From Rhodospirillaceae bacterium (GTDB lineage: Bacteria; Pseudomonadota; Alphaproteobacteria; Thalassobaculales; Thalassobaculaceae): 64,000 bases of DNA. Shown piece after piece: positions 1 through 10,006 of this stretch. Below the pieces are notes generated by a model. It did not search any database. It was not told where the DNA came from and saw only the letters and a list, made by a program, of their open reading frames with translations. A program made the translations under genes and the position numbers. Within the stretch, counting starts at the first letter, position 1; each line of letters starts with the position of its first letter. Where the stretch lies: positions 48,224 through 112,223 of the forward strand of contig PBMU01000004.1 of assembly GCA_002722775.1 (NCBI GenBank), given 5' to 3'.

Positions 1-548
1 TCGGAGTAGCTATTCCAGAGTATTATACCAATAATGCAGGTGACGGGCATACGGGCTACTTCAAACCTTTCCGCTATGACGGTGGCTGGTATGGATTCGG
101 GCTATACGGTGGAACTGATAATAGTAGAAAGGCTTTTTATACTTCTTATAATAATGGCCTGACTTACCAGCCACATCCGCAAGTATTACAAAACGGGCAA
201 CACCTACTAGCACATCTAGAAGGCTTTGACCCAGAGAACTGGATGATTAAGCATAACTCAGGCGCCACTGTTGTCTATAATAACCAGCTATGGTTGATTG
301 CACCAGCAGGGGCTGGAGCGTCCGGTGGTGCAGAAATTCCTATGGGTAAAATATGTGCCTTCCGTGTTGGTAGCGATGGAGTAACACTAGGCAAGGCTGT
401 GGATATAACCCCGCCACTACAGGCATGGGAAGACCAGACACTTGGAGTAGACCAATTGGGCAGTGCTGTTATGTGGCAAGGCAGAATGTATGTAGTGTAT
501 CGTCAAGGCGGTGGTGACGGTGGGTTTGGACTGATGGAGGTTTTATAA
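1..548 (+). CDS. Partial CDS: C-terminal 182 codons of the 500-aa tailspike-like protein (full copy at 44691..46193)
   Basis: In frame with stop at 546..548. Sequence is identical to 45646..46193. Confidence 0.9.
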   Translation, partial: GVAIPEYYTNNAGDGHTGYFKPFRYDGGWYGFGLYGGTDNSRKAFYTSYNNGLTYQPHPQVLQNGQHLLAHLEGFDPENWMIKHNSGATVVYNNQLWLIAPAGAGASGGAEIPMGKICAFRVGSDGVTLGKAVDITPPLQAWEDQTLGVDQLGSAVMWQGRMYVVYRQGGGDGGFGLMEVL

Positions 549-1249
549 TGTTACGTTTTGATATGTCTGGGAAATTAATTGAACCCAGCAGACTGAAAAA
601 GACTATTGGTGGTAATATTGACCGTGATGGACTTCCTGCAAAAATTGACATACCTACTACTGATGACTGGACAGGTGTTACCATTGCAGATAATGTCGAC
701 GGAGCATTAGGAAAAGTTCTATCGCGCACTACATTAGGTAAGATTGCTGTACGTAATTCTCAAGCAAATTTAATTACTAGTAATGTGGAAGCGCTACATC
801 TAAAGGCACGAGTAATAGGTGGAGGCTCTAATGCTACATCTGGACAAACAACCAGAAGGTTTCGTTTTGGCTTTATTCATCCTACTGTTGGCAATGAAGG
901 CGCATATGTAGAATACCTTCCGCCAGCCTATGGGGAACTGGAAGGGTCTTCTATGGTAGGAATAGCTGGGAATGTAAAAACAAGAAAACCGATTAATTAC
1001 ACTGTTAATAACCCTGGTGAGCACTACGCTTTGGATTTATGGGTTAGTTACAATCGTGCTGATAGTAGATGGTATATAACACTAATGGAAGGCGAGCAAG
1101 TTCGCACTCAGTACCCATTCTCATCTACAGAGCTGTCATTGTACAACAGGTACTTAATTCCATTTATAGAATGGGAGTGGGAAGATGCCAGTGGAGCAAT
1201 AGATGTTACGGTGTGCCAGTTTGAGCATACAGTATATTGGCGGTTTTAA
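548..1249 (+). CDS. Hypothetical virion/tail-associated protein, 233 aa
   Basis: ATG overlaps the upstream stop (TAATG), suggesting translational coupling to the tailspike gene. Lies between the two tailspike paralogues. No recognisable motif. Confidence 0.7.
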   Translation: MLRFDMSGKLIEPSRLKKTIGGNIDRDGLPAKIDIPTTDDWTGVTIADNVDGALGKVLSRTTLGKIAVRNSQANLITSNVEALHLKARVIGGGSNATSGQTTRRFRFGFIHPTVGNEGAYVEYLPPAYGELEGSSMVGIAGNVKTRKPINYTVNNPGEHYALDLWVSYNRADSRWYITLMEGEQVRTQYPFSSTELSLYNRYLIPFIEWEWEDASGAIDVTVCQFEHTVYWRF

Positions 1250-1297
1250 GTGTACTACTTATAGTGCATCATTATTAATATCTAGGAGATTACTATT

Positions 1298-3154
1298 ATG
1301 GCTTTCGTAGTCACTGCAAAATCACAAACGTCTGTTGCTTCTGGGGAATATCACACACTGGAAATGGCAGTAATCGAACATGACTATCCACTAGCTTCCG
1401 TGCTATGGGAGCATGTCAGGGGGCCTCGTGCTAACATTGGCAATGCTACAAACTACAGCAGTAAGCAGCGTGCTCCACGGGTAGGCTCGGACTCAGTAGT
1501 GCAATTCCGTGTGACAGTAACAGATTCACAAGGCAATGAAGCTACTGCTACTACCAGCATCTCAGTACTAGCAGAAGGATTTAATCCTAAGCGCCTGGAG
1601 CTGATTGGCAAGGATGTTAATGGTGGTGTGTCCATTTGGTCTTATACTACTGTTAACTCCTTTGCCCAAATTACTGAAGCTTCGTACTGGAAAGACGCCG
1701 TAGGACTGGAAGATAACGATATCATTCGAGTAGTATGTGCAGACGGGACAAGAGAGCTGACAGTGTCAGGTAATGCTGTTAGTGCTGTTCCTTTGCAGAA
1801 GTACGCTGGTAATGACCTTAACCTTAACATTGCAAAATTGCTAGCAACAGACCTGCAACCAATATGGGACAGGTCGCAGTTTGACACTGCTATTGCGTCA
1901 GGTAGCTGCACTGTTACTTTTGTCGGGACCTCTATAGCTGTAGGTACAGCAGAGAACGAAAATAGTAATACATGGGTAAACAGATTCAAGCAGTACATGG
2001 AATACAAATACCCTGCGGTAGATTTTACGTGGCATAACTTAGGACTAGGTGGTCGTAATCTTGTTAATTACAACAATGCATCCTTCTTAGGCATGGCTAG
2101 TGAGCCTTCTGACACTGCAAGTGGTTACTATGTCGCTGCTAATCCTGATACATGGCCTAGTGGCTCAACCGTAGGTCAGTCGTGGAAGGATGCAGCAGAA
2201 GCTACTGCTCCTGATTTGTTCGTACTAGCGCATGGCATGAATGACCGTGACCATCCGTATATCTACCAGAACTATCTAAACAATGCCATTAATGATGCGC
2301 TGGGATGGGCTACTACACCAAGCATTTTATTGGTTACTGAAATGTTACCAAAATCCGACTTTGATGGATTCTCTCAAATTAGCCGACTCAGTGACTATAT
2401 ACGATGGTATGCGATGTATAATGGCTACGGCCTACTAGATGTAGGAAGAGCGTGGAGAGCAGTACGGTACAATGTAGACCCAATTAAAACTGTTGCGCAG
2501 CGTCAGGCATCTATAGCACTGTGGACACAGTCAGGAGACCCAAGTGTACTGACAGACGATTCTATGACTGTAGCTACAGGCACTAATGGTGTAATTACTA
2601 AAGAAGGAGCTTATGCCGGAGCTAGATTCGCATTTACATTCACACCAATCACAAATCAGGCAGACTGGCTAATACAAACGGCGGTGTATACAGGCGACCC
2701 AGACAATGGCTGCATACATATAGAGCGCATTGGAAGCACCATAAGCATCAAAAAGCGGCCTATAGCTGCTGCTGAAATAACGTTTGCAACGACAGCGCCC
2801 GTAGCATCTACCCCGGAGGTGTGGGATGTTCGTATTAACAGAGTATGGATTGCAATCTATCGTGACGGTGCGCTAGTGGGTAAATTTGTACACAAGCAAA
2901 CTGACACGGTTGGTAATGTATCCTTTGGTCTTAATACTGCGGCTGCTACTAACATTGTCTGCGACTTGGAAGAGCAAGCAACTCCATTTGCAGCGCAATT
3001 AGCAGATGATAGCTTCTTGCTGGGAGGGCCAGAGCAGGGCGACTGGCAGAAGGGAAACCACTCAGTCGGGGGCAATTCACTGAACCATCCGTCAAGATTG
3101 GCAGTAGCAAACGTGTTTGACCCAGTAATACGTGATTGGGTTGCTAAACTCTGA
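1298..3154 (+). CDS. Tailspike-like protein 2, 618 aa: shared N-terminal anchor module plus SGNH/GDSL-type esterase-like domain
   Basis: RBS ctAGGAGa 7 nt upstream. The N-terminal ~160 aa are about half identical to the 44691 protein. SGNH-like blocks: FVGTSIAVG (block I Ser), GLGGRN (block II), HGMNDR (block III GxND). Block V not seen. Confidence 0.6.
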   Translation: MAFVVTAKSQTSVASGEYHTLEMAVIEHDYPLASVLWEHVRGPRANIGNATNYSSKQRAPRVGSDSVVQFRVTVTDSQGNEATATTSISVLAEGFNPKRLELIGKDVNGGVSIWSYTTVNSFAQITEASYWKDAVGLEDNDIIRVVCADGTRELTVSGNAVSAVPLQKYAGNDLNLNIAKLLATDLQPIWDRSQFDTAIASGSCTVTFVGTSIAVGTAENENSNTWVNRFKQYMEYKYPAVDFTWHNLGLGGRNLVNYNNASFLGMASEPSDTASGYYVAANPDTWPSGSTVGQSWKDAAEATAPDLFVLAHGMNDRDHPYIYQNYLNNAINDALGWATTPSILLVTEMLPKSDFDGFSQISRLSDYIRWYAMYNGYGLLDVGRAWRAVRYNVDPIKTVAQRQASIALWTQSGDPSVLTDDSMTVATGTNGVITKEGAYAGARFAFTFTPITNQADWLIQTAVYTGDPDNGCIHIERIGSTISIKKRPIAAAEITFATTAPVASTPEVWDVRINRVWIAIYRDGALVGKFVHKQTDTVGNVSFGLNTAAATNIVCDLEEQATPFAAQLADDSFLLGGPEQGDWQKGNHSVGGNSLNHPSRLAVANVFDPVIRDWVAKL

Positions 3155-3229
3155 TAACACCGAAGCCCTCTACTATGGGGGCTACGCTCAACCCATTGCA
3201 TACCACTACCAATAAGAATAGGAGATACC

Positions 3230-3694
3230 ATGTCTAACGCACAAGAACACACGCCACATAGCCAGTCAGGCGACCGGACTACTAGCATTGTTATTAAGGA
3301 GGGAATAATGCAGGTGTTTGTGATAGCAGTAGGGGCTATCATAGCTACGGGCATTAGTACTGTCTGGGCTACTAAGTTAGCAGACTATAAGATTGAAGAG
3401 TTGCGGTCAGATTTTGAAGCAAGATTCAAAGCACAACTACACTTCAACACTGAGACTACTGCAGCGGTACATGTACTACAACTTCAGGGAGCGCGCCAAG
3501 ATTTACTGAATGAGACTGAGGCAAGACTACTGGAACGGATTCGTTCTCAGACTGACGACCGTTATACTGCGGGACAGGCAGACAAAGACCTCAAAGCTGT
3601 CGGTGACCGTATAGCAACACTGGAAGCTAGTGTTCAAGCTATGCGGGAATACATAGTAGCAGCAAGGAGAAAAGAAAGTGCTAAAGACAATTAA
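3230..3694 (+). CDS. Membrane-anchored coiled-coil protein, 154 aa (128 aa from alternative start 3308)
   Basis: Two in-frame ATGs each have a strong SD (tAGGAGatacc-ATG at 3230; AAGGAGGgaata-ATG at 3308). One TM helix (FVIAVGAIIATGISTVWA) is followed by a heptad-rich soluble part. Confidence 0.65.
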   Translation: MSNAQEHTPHSQSGDRTTSIVIKEGIMQVFVIAVGAIIATGISTVWATKLADYKIEELRSDFEARFKAQLHFNTETTAAVHVLQLQGARQDLLNETEARLLERIRSQTDDRYTAGQADKDLKAVGDRIATLEASVQAMREYIVAARRKESAKDN

Positions 3695-5414
3695 ACTTGG
3701 CGTAAAGCCTACTACTGTACTGGAGCGTACGCAGGTTGATGATGGTGACATCCAATCTGTGTACAACCAGTTGCAGGATACTGATATGCCCCGAGTACTG
3801 TATCACCAGAATACACTCAGTACTTTTCGGGGTATTCGCAGTTCTAGTATCTTTGATTCTGAAGTGCAAGTGCCTATCCTGGATGATAATGACCTTACAG
3901 TACTACTGGAATTCGGTCCTAGTACAGAGCTGACTAGTGTCATAGATGTGCAGGGTAACGTGTGGTATATGCTGTTGGATAAGAAGGATGACCTTGGTAG
4001 TACAGATGTCTATCTGCGTAATACTGCCTCTGGTAATCAGTTCAAACTGGCATTCACAATATACACACCTAACCTCTACGAGTTCAGTTTTGCCACAGTA
4101 TTCCAGAACCGTACGATGTTTGTAGCACTACCTGGAGCTGTATTCTATGGAACTACTAGTAGAGTGCAACATCCTAATGCTGGCTCAGGGGATGTGCCAC
4201 CGGGACAATTCTTCGATTACGATATGGTAACAGGTGAGATTACTCGCTACGACCTCTACGGAATCGGTACCAGTGTACTGGCTGCTACTCAGGTTGTATC
4301 CAGCTACCAGAACTACATGTTACTCTTTACCCGCAATCGACTTTATTGGAGTAGTCCGATTGACCCGTATGATTTTACGCCTGCTGATAATGCTGGTGGG
4401 TCCACTGCTATTGCTGAATTGCGTGGTGATATCCTTGCGGTACTTCCTAGTGCCAGTGGTTTCCTGATATACTGTCGGGATAACATTGTCTTAGGTCGGT
4501 ACACTGGAAGCACTGCGTCGCCGTTTACATTCACCGAAGTTAAGAATAGTACTGGACTGGTAATGCAAGGTAACGAGCCTCTGATTGTGCGCTCGGAGAC
4601 TAGTGCAGTTCACTATGCCGTGTTAGTAGGCGGACTATCCGCTGTGACAGAGTCCGAAGTAACACCACTGCCTTCCAATATTAGTACATTCATAGAGAAT
4701 AACTATGAAGAGTGGCGAGTGGAGGATACGTGCCGTATTATGCAGATTAATACTAATGCCAATCCGGAGACTAATAGACTCAAGATTCGCAGACTGTATG
4801 CGTATGGTACTAAACTATTCATCCTCACTAATCCTAGTGATGGACGTGACGGTAGGCTGTATATCTACGACTTCGCGGATAATGGTATTGGACTGGTGGT
4901 TGGGGACATTATTGGCCTGACACCTCGTATTACTGATAAGAATGCTACTGCAGACCTATTCCTACAGACTAAGGCTAGTGCAGTACCTGCATCCTTCCTA
5001 ATACTGCGTCAGATTGTCAATGATGCTAGCTTCGATGTATTGAGTTTTGCTACTAAAGCGGATACAGAAATACTGACAGGTACTCGTGAGTATGATATGT
5101 CAGAGTTTGTAGTAGGAGATATATCCTTGCATGCTGGTAGAGCTACCATACTGGATAGCATCAAGCTGATTGGTAAGACCGACCGGTATGATAAAGATGA
5201 TGCCAATTATGACGCAAACTCTACCACCAGAGCACGTGTCTTTGGCTACTGCGCTAACTACAGTGAAGATGCACTACTGGAATTCCTGTATAATCCATTA
5301 GATGACCGCTACTATGGACGCCTGGAAGGTGATGATATTCGCATTCTGGTACAGGGTAATTACTTTGATATCACTGCTATCGAAGCTCGTGTTGATAGTG
5401 GTATTCTCGTTTAG
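3678..5414 (+). CDS. Tail structural protein, 578 aa (possible nozzle / tail-tubular-B analogue)
   Basis: GTG start with AAGGAGA 7 nt upstream. Long ORF in the tail module. Function is inferred only from T7-like gene order and size. Confidence 0.5.
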   Translation: MLKTIKLGVKPTTVLERTQVDDGDIQSVYNQLQDTDMPRVLYHQNTLSTFRGIRSSSIFDSEVQVPILDDNDLTVLLEFGPSTELTSVIDVQGNVWYMLLDKKDDLGSTDVYLRNTASGNQFKLAFTIYTPNLYEFSFATVFQNRTMFVALPGAVFYGTTSRVQHPNAGSGDVPPGQFFDYDMVTGEITRYDLYGIGTSVLAATQVVSSYQNYMLLFTRNRLYWSSPIDPYDFTPADNAGGSTAIAELRGDILAVLPSASGFLIYCRDNIVLGRYTGSTASPFTFTEVKNSTGLVMQGNEPLIVRSETSAVHYAVLVGGLSAVTESEVTPLPSNISTFIENNYEEWRVEDTCRIMQINTNANPETNRLKIRRLYAYGTKLFILTNPSDGRDGRLYIYDFADNGIGLVVGDIIGLTPRITDKNATADLFLQTKASAVPASFLILRQIVNDASFDVLSFATKADTEILTGTREYDMSEFVVGDISLHAGRATILDSIKLIGKTDRYDKDDANYDANSTTRARVFGYCANYSEDALLEFLYNPLDDRYYGRLEGDDIRILVQGNYFDITAIEARVDSGILV

Positions 5415-5422
5415 GAACTATT

Positions 5423-8400
5423 ATGGCTTATGACCTGACATTGATTCCTCTTAATGCTGCGTTGCCGTTTGATTATAATAATGCACGGCCTCAGCTACAA
5501 GAGTTATGGACTAAGACTGCTCTGCTGAGGGAGACTACTGCCAAGGCATTGGAGGAACTGGATGCGCAGATTCAGCAAGATATTGGTACTGCCATTGCAG
5601 GTCTGCGGCAGGACCTAGACACACTAGAGGGAGAGTATGATGCTTATGTTATTGCGAATGACCAAGCACTAGCAGCCCTTTCTACGAGTGTAGATTCACG
5701 ATTCCAGACTAGCAATGGACGCCTTGATGCCGCCGAGACTAGATTGGATAGTGCAGAAGGACGTCTAGATGTTGTGGAGCCACTGCTTGGTACTGTGAAC
5801 ACACGCAGTAATACCAATCTGCAGAGCATCAATACCATCAATCAGACACTGACAACTCACACAGGTCTACTGTCTGGGCTTCGCAGTGATGTGGATACTA
5901 ATACTGGTGATATCAGTACGCTGAATGGTCAGGTAGCCAACATAATCAATACCAGTATCCCAGGCATCAATGGTCAGCTCGCAGGACTGCGTACTGATAC
6001 GGATGCTAATACCAGTGACCTAGGCAACCTCAACACCGTAGTACTACCAGGCCTACAGCAGGACTTAGTAGATTTGAATAACGACCTAATAGTCTTGGAT
6101 GGTGACCTTGATACGCTCAACACTGTCACGTTGCCCGGACTTCAGCAGGATTTGCAGACTCTTGATACTACTTTGCAGGGAGTAGATGATGATTTAGACG
6201 CTGCAGAGCTTATACTGGCAGGGTTGAATGATGACCTTACTAACCTGAACACTGTAATATTACCACAAGTCCAACAAGACTTACAGGACGCTGAGGATGA
6301 TATAGCATACCTCAACGGTACTACATTGCCACAGGTGCAGCAAGACTTGTCAGATGCACAGGCAGATATTAGTACTCTTAATACTGTCACACTGCCACAA
6401 GTACAGCAGGACCTGCAAGACGCAGAAGATGACATAGCGACCCTTAATAATACTACATTACCTGCTGTCAATAGTAGACTTGATACTGTTGAATCGGACC
6501 TGAATACATTAAATACTGTCACATTGCCTGACCTAGCAGATGACTTGCAACTTGTAGATGATGCAGTAGTAGATATCAATACCAACACTATTCCAGCAGT
6601 ACAGTTGGCTGTTGATACTGTGGAGCAGGAGCTGGATGCAGTACAAGGTTTGTTCCCTGTAGAGGCTGTTAATATTGCCCCTAAAGCGATTACTACTGCT
6701 AAAATTGCTGATGGAGCAGTTAATGCGCTACAGGTGGCCACAGGTGCAATAGAGGCCAACGGTCTAGCAGAAGGCGCAGTAACATCGGTTAAGATAGCCC
6801 TAAACGCGGTTACTAATGATGCTATTGCAGACGGAGCAGTGGGTACAGGGCAACTGGCATCCGGAGCAGTAACAGCAGGACAGTTGGCTTCTAGTGCAGT
6901 GACTGCTGCCAAGCTTGCGACTAATTCTGTAATTACCAGTAAGATTGCAGAGAATGCTATCACTAGCGCACTTATTGCTACTAATGCTGTGACTAATGAT
7001 GCTATTGCAGACGGTGCAGTAGGAGCTTCACAGATAATAGCAAATGCTGTAGGAACAGCGGCTCTGGCCAATGGAGCTGTGAATGCTTCAATATTAGCCA
7101 ATGATGCCGTAACTGCTGCTAAAATTGCAGACGCTGCTATAGAGGCAGACAAGATAGCGTTAGGCGCAGTCACGGAAACTAAGATTTCTAACGGTGCTAT
7201 TACTACTCCTAAGATTGTAGCAGGTGCTATCACAACAGGTCTTATTTCTGCAGGTGCAGTTACCACTAGTCTTATCGCATCAGAAGCTATTACGTCAGGA
7301 CTAATCGCCAGTAATGCTGTGATATCAGACCATATTCTGTCAGGAGCAATAACTGCTGGTAAAATTGGAGCAGACGCCGTAACAGCAGTAAACATTGCTG
7401 CAAATGCAGTAGAGGCGGGTGCTATTAAAGCTGGTGCGGTCACAGCGAATGCTATAGCTACCAATGCAGTAACATCGAATAAGATAACTGCCAACGCAGT
7501 GACTTCTGCGAAGATTATAGCTAATGCTATTACTGCTGGCAAGATTGCTACTAACGCAGTAACTGCAGGTAAGATTGATGCGGGTGCTGTAAGTACTGCC
7601 AATCTTCAAGCCTTGGCTATTACGTCGGAAAAAATAGCGGCAGGTGCTGTGAGCGCTGGTAAAATTGCTGCACGTTCTATTGCTGCGGACCGTATAGCCA
7701 CGAACGCCCTGACTGCCAACGAGATTGCGTCTAATGCTATTACTGCTAATGAACTGGCTGCTAATTCTGTCAGCGCAGATAAGATTACCTCCAATGCTAT
7801 TACAAGTGCCAAGATAGCGGCAGAGGCAATAACTGCGGGTAAGATAGCAGCGAATGCAGTAGGTGCCAATGAGATAGCAGCGAATACCATATCAGCAGGT
7901 CATATAACAAGTGACGCTGTTACTGCAGATAAGCTTGCTGCCAACTCTGTAAGTGCAGACAACATAGTAGCTAACTCTATCACAGGGTCTAAGCTAGTAG
8001 CGGAGACTATTACTGGAGCTCATATCGCAGCTAATGCTGTTAGCACTGGACATTTAACAGCTAATTCTGTAGGAGCCGACCAGCTTGCGGCCAACTCTAT
8101 AACGGCAGGGAAGATAGTAGCAGGGACAATTACTGGTAATGAATTAGCGTTCCGTTCCATCGGAGCAGATAGAATAGTAGCCAACTCTATCGGAGCTGAT
8201 GAAATTGCAGCTAATTCTATTGGGGCAGGCCAAATAGTGGCGAACTCTATAGGGGCAGGACAGATTGCAGCTAATAGTATTGGTGCGGGACAGATAGTAG
8301 CAAACTCCATTGGCACAGGCCAGCTAGCAGCTAATAGTGTAGGAACTGACCAACTAGTGGCTAACTCTATCACTGCAGGTTTCTTGGCTATCAGAGACTT

Positions 8401-9589
8401 TGAGAACTTTGCCGCTGGCAGTGACTTTGCAGACCCTAATGACCAACCATGGACAGGACTATCAGCAGCTAATGCATCTATTGGATATGATGCTAATGTA
8501 GCCCAGAATGTACTGATTTGTTATCCTGTAAGTCCTTATAATAAGCGCCGTATATATCTCAACAATGATATGGCAGTGCAGACAGGAGATAAAATACGTA
8601 TCGAGTTCGATTACTGGGCCTCTAGTGACTACAATGGTACTGCTGGTAGCGGTAAATTCAGAATAGGGGACGCCTTAGATAATGAGGCCTTTGTAACTGC
8701 CTTTGCCTTTACTGCTGGCGGAGGCTGGAAGAATGAGAGTCATATCATCACAGCAGCACTCACTACTAGATTCGTATTTCAACTATGGGTAGACCACTCT
8801 GTAGGAACACTGGTAATTACTAATATCCGTATCCGTAAGATGAAGGATGCTAATCTGATTGTAGATGGGGCTATTAGTGCTAGCAAACTTACTGCTGATG
8901 CTGTGGATGGTAAGCTAATACAGGGTGCTACACTACGCGGTGGTAAGGTAGAGATAATAGGAAGTATTATGATTGTGCAGAATAGTACTCCTTTTGGGCC
9001 TGACTCACTAATAGAGTGGAAAGGTCCTGCTATTCTTACTGGAGGGGCCCCCAACTATGGCGCTCTTACTAAGGCTAATGCTACTATATCATGGTTGGAC
9101 AACGCGGGAAATTCTTACTTCGGAGGGAATCTCTCGGCAGGAATCTTACGAAATGCGGCACGCTCTACTAGCAAAGCTCTTAACGTATCTGTGGAGGCTG
9201 GCCCTTTCTCTACCAATGGTGGCAGTAAAACTGTTGTATGGGGATGTGTATGGGCAGGCTACTACAGTGATTCCACGTCAGGGTCAGATAGTACAAGTAC
9301 AGTAGCTGGAGGTACAGTAACCTTGTATCGCAGACTGAATGGTGGTTCTAGAGTTCAGCTAGATACAAAGAATATTAATACTACTCTAACTACTACAGTA
9401 ATCCAAGACCCTGAAGTAGGAACTACAAAGACTTTGTATGAGGATGGAGGTGCTACATTTACATTCACAGATACTAATACTAGTACGCAGGACTTCACGT
9501 ACGAAGTAGAAGTTACTAACCAGTTTAGACATCTAGCATTACAGTTTATTACTGGTCAAACTACCACAGTTATATCAACCGAGGAATAA
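5423..9589 (+). CDS. Tail fibre, 1388 aa: N-terminal 22-aa repeats, 57 decapeptide repeats, C-terminal globular (jelly-roll/CBM-like) domain
   Basis: Long ORF. Repeat architecture read directly from the translation. The C-terminal ~400 aa are non-repetitive and rich in aromatic/Gly residues. Confidence 0.8.
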   Translation: MAYDLTLIPLNAALPFDYNNARPQLQELWTKTALLRETTAKALEELDAQIQQDIGTAIAGLRQDLDTLEGEYDAYVIANDQALAALSTSVDSRFQTSNGRLDAAETRLDSAEGRLDVVEPLLGTVNTRSNTNLQSINTINQTLTTHTGLLSGLRSDVDTNTGDISTLNGQVANIINTSIPGINGQLAGLRTDTDANTSDLGNLNTVVLPGLQQDLVDLNNDLIVLDGDLDTLNTVTLPGLQQDLQTLDTTLQGVDDDLDAAELILAGLNDDLTNLNTVILPQVQQDLQDAEDDIAYLNGTTLPQVQQDLSDAQADISTLNTVTLPQVQQDLQDAEDDIATLNNTTLPAVNSRLDTVESDLNTLNTVTLPDLADDLQLVDDAVVDINTNTIPAVQLAVDTVEQELDAVQGLFPVEAVNIAPKAITTAKIADGAVNALQVATGAIEANGLAEGAVTSVKIALNAVTNDAIADGAVGTGQLASGAVTAGQLASSAVTAAKLATNSVITSKIAENAITSALIATNAVTNDAIADGAVGASQIIANAVGTAALANGAVNASILANDAVTAAKIADAAIEADKIALGAVTETKISNGAITTPKIVAGAITTGLISAGAVTTSLIASEAITSGLIASNAVISDHILSGAITAGKIGADAVTAVNIAANAVEAGAIKAGAVTANAIATNAVTSNKITANAVTSAKIIANAITAGKIATNAVTAGKIDAGAVSTANLQALAITSEKIAAGAVSAGKIAARSIAADRIATNALTANEIASNAITANELAANSVSADKITSNAITSAKIAAEAITAGKIAANAVGANEIAANTISAGHITSDAVTADKLAANSVSADNIVANSITGSKLVAETITGAHIAANAVSTGHLTANSVGADQLAANSITAGKIVAGTITGNELAFRSIGADRIVANSIGADEIAANSIGAGQIVANSIGAGQIAANSIGAGQIVANSIGTGQLAANSVGTDQLVANSITAGFLAIRDFENFAAGSDFADPNDQPWTGLSAANASIGYDANVAQNVLICYPVSPYNKRRIYLNNDMAVQTGDKIRIEFDYWASSDYNGTAGSGKFRIGDALDNEAFVTAFAFTAGGGWKNESHIITAALTTRFVFQLWVDHSVGTLVITNIRIRKMKDANLIVDGAISASKLTADAVDGKLIQGATLRGGKVEIIGSIMIVQNSTPFGPDSLIEWKGPAILTGGAPNYGALTKANATISWLDNAGNSYFGGNLSAGILRNAARSTSKALNVSVEAGPFSTNGGSKTVVWGCVWAGYYSDSTSGSDSTSTVAGGTVTLYRRLNGGSRVQLDTKNINTTLTTTVIQDPEVGTTKTLYEDGGATFTFTDTNTSTQDFTYEVEVTNQFRHLALQFITGQTTTVISTEE
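6029..6646 (+). repeat. Coding repeat: LNTVTLPxxQQDL-type units; six consecutive 22-aa (66-nt) units over 6245..6640
   Basis: Example units: LNTVILPQVQQDLQDAEDDIAY / LNGTTLPQVQQDLSDAQADIST / LNTVTLPQVQQDLQDAEDDIAT / LNNTTLPAVNSRLDTVESDLNT, and so on. Confidence 0.85.
6665..8374 (+). repeat. Coding repeat: 57 uninterrupted decapeptide (30-nt) units, pattern x-x-x-[ILV]-x-x-x-[AS]-[IV]-x
   Basis: Splitting fibre residues 415..984 into 10-mers keeps the register with no indel, from AVNIAPKAIT to TDQLVANSIT. Confidence 0.9.
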
Positions 9590-9593
9590 TATT

Positions 9594-10004
9594 ATGCCAA
9601 ATATTGAACCTGCTCCAGAAACAGCAATTGCTACTAAGATACAGGCTACGGAAAATGCCTCTGTCAAAGCACTGCAAGCGCTAGTCTCAGCTTTACCACA
9701 ATCAGAATTACCGGTGGACCATTTCTTCAGTGATGGTCTTTACCTTCGCAAACTAACACTTCCGCCCAAGGCATTGGCAGTGGGACGGGAGCACAAACAC
9801 AATCACCTTGCAATAGTACTGAAGGGCCAAGTCGCCGTACACAGTAAGCAAGGAACTGCATACTACTCAGCCCCCTACATACTCAATGTAATGGCTGGTG
9901 ATAAGCGTGCAGTGTTTACTGTCACAGAGGTAGAATGGGTTACTATCCATGCTACTGACCTGACTGACCCTGATGAAATTGTACGTACTCTAGCAGGAGA
10001 ATAA
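9594..10004 (+). CDS. Cupin-like small protein, 136 aa
   Basis: GREHKHNHLAIVLKG resembles cupin motif 1 (G-x-H-x-H...G). Tightly packed between the fibre gene and the internal-protein genes. Confidence 0.45.
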   Translation: MPNIEPAPETAIATKIQATENASVKALQALVSALPQSELPVDHFFSDGLYLRKLTLPPKALAVGREHKHNHLAIVLKGQVAVHSKQGTAYYSAPYILNVMAGDKRAVFTVTEVEWVTIHATDLTDPDEIVRTLAGE

Positions 10005-10006
10005 TC

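Noticed and set aside
3164-3183. Hairpin AGCCCTC-tactat-GGGGGCT after the SGNH tailspike gene (also at 48809..48828)
   Set aside because: No U-tract follows and one pair is a G-T wobble. It may be an RNA structure but cannot be called a terminator.
3308-3694. Embedded o-spanin (Rz1-like) ORF inside the TM/coiled-coil gene
   Set aside because: I hand-translated the alternative-frame ATGs that I spotted (3471 and 3510). Both give short peptides with no lipobox Cys.
6142-7602. 486-aa antisense ORF, plus 7340..7609, 7606..7890 and 8020..8373, opposite the fibre gene
   Set aside because: These are artefacts of the Ala/Thr/Ile-rich 30-nt coding repeat, whose complement lacks stop codons. They have no RBS and low-complexity products, and the sense strand clearly encodes the fibre.
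5423-9589. Diversity-generating retroelement targeting the fibre
   Set aside because: There is no reverse transcriptase gene and no template/variable repeat pair. The repeats are internal structural units.
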